A stretch of DNA of 64,000 bases from Azolla caroliniana (lineage: Eukaryota > Plantae > Polypodiophyta). Positions 63,194 to 64,000 of this stretch are shown piece after piece (position 1 is the first letter of the stretch; each line of letters starts with the position of its first letter). The stretch spans positions 4,836,001-4,900,000 of the forward strand of contig JBHGNT010000008.1 in NCBI GenBank assembly GCA_043228905.1. The letters are read 5' to 3'. The translations under genes and the position numbers were made by a program. A model generated the notes under the pieces. That model ran no database searches, was not told the DNA's origin, and was given only the letters and a program-made list of their open reading frames with translations.

Positions 63194-64000
63194 ATCCGCT
63201 TCTACTGTTTCAACGAGAGAGAAACAGGAACGTCGCTGATGGCACAAGCCGCCGTAGCTCCACATGCATCAGCGTTGCACTCTCTTGCCATCATTCAGTT
63301 CAATGGGAGCGGAGGATCAAGGAAGGAGAAGAATCTAAAGAATGGAGCTTCTCTCTGTGCAAAGGCTGCAGCTCTCTCACACGTGGATGCCATGAGAGAA
63401 CTTGGTCACTGTCTGCAAGATGGCTATGGTGTCACAAAGAACGTTTCAGAAGGAAGAAGACTCCTGTTAGAAGCTAATGCTAGAGAAGCAGCAGCTGCTG
63501 TGGCTTCTTCACCTCGAGCTTTTGTAGAGACAGCTCTTCAGTTTGCTCAATCAACGATTGGAAGATGTATTCATAATCAGATACAGTATAGATCAGCGAT
63601 CATTGGTAAGCTTGAAGCCGTTTCAGCTATGGCGGCAGAAGCAAGAAGGCAAGAAGCTGAAGAAAGGAGAAGAGTGACCGAAGCAAGAGTAAGTGAAGCT
63701 ATTAGAGGAGGTACCCAAAGCTTAGCAGCGACAGCAGTGTCTTTGGAATCTGAAGCTTTATTATCCAGAGCTTCCTCATCTCCTAATTCTGCTCTGTCAT
63801 TATTATCTCTTAACTCTCTTCATCATCCTGTATATAGGCTTCTTCAAGGAAGTGGCTGCTCGCTTCTTAGTGATTTTGGTTGTAATGTTCCTCCACCGAA
63901 GCTTCACGTTGCAAACAAGTTCTTAGTTGAATGGTTTGCTGAGAAACCTCCATTTGGAGGTCTGAGATTGTGCTCCCATGGAAACTGTGGGAGACCTGAG
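63194..64000 (+). CDS. F-box/MYND protein, exon 3 (continues beyond the window)
   Basis: IRFYC...ALHSLAIIQFNGSGG...RELGHCLQDGYGV...ANARE...CSLLSDFGCNVP...FLVEWF...GLRLCSHGNCGRPE; open to the window end. Confidence 0.93.
   Translation, partial: MRFYCFNERETGTSLMAQAAVAPHASALHSLAIIQFNGSGGSRKEKNLKNGASLCAKAAALSHVDAMRELGHCLQDGYGVTKNVSEGRRLLLEANAREAAAAVASSPRAFVETALQFAQSTIGRCIHNQIQYRSAIIGKLEAVSAMAAEARRQEAEERRRVTEARVSEAIRGGTQSLAATAVSLESEALLSRASSSPNSALSLLSLNSLHHPVYRLLQGSGCSLLSDFGCNVPPPKLHVANKFLVEWFAEKPPFGGLRLCSHGNCGRPE

Overview
This is land-plant nuclear DNA, probably from a fern or other non-seed plant (an inference from the transposon families and gene style). Positions 1-56 kb are a deeply nested, mostly decayed stack of transposons: Ty3/gypsy elements primed by tRNA-Trp with 4-bp TSDs, Ty1/copia elements primed by tRNA-iMet with 5-bp TSDs, two LINE fragments and an unclassified TIR element filled with hairpins. 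The only host gene is an F-box/Sel1-like/MYND gene (At1g67340-like) that starts at 61615 and runs off the window. The top finding is a type I hammerhead ribozyme with a complete catalytic core at 23734-23794. It lies just downstream of a TATA box inside a young, circularly permuted head-to-tail multimer of about 2 kb per unit (Penelope-like or retrozyme-like) that replaced part of a copia gag gene. Second, three divergent gypsy families share a candidate -1 frameshift signal (slippery heptamer, 6-nt spacer, H-type pseudoknot) placed after protease. Third, several gypsy LTRs carry tRNA-like Pol III A/B boxes. Fourth, the F-box gene leader has a triplicated uORF module. All coordinates were read by eye and no database searches were run.
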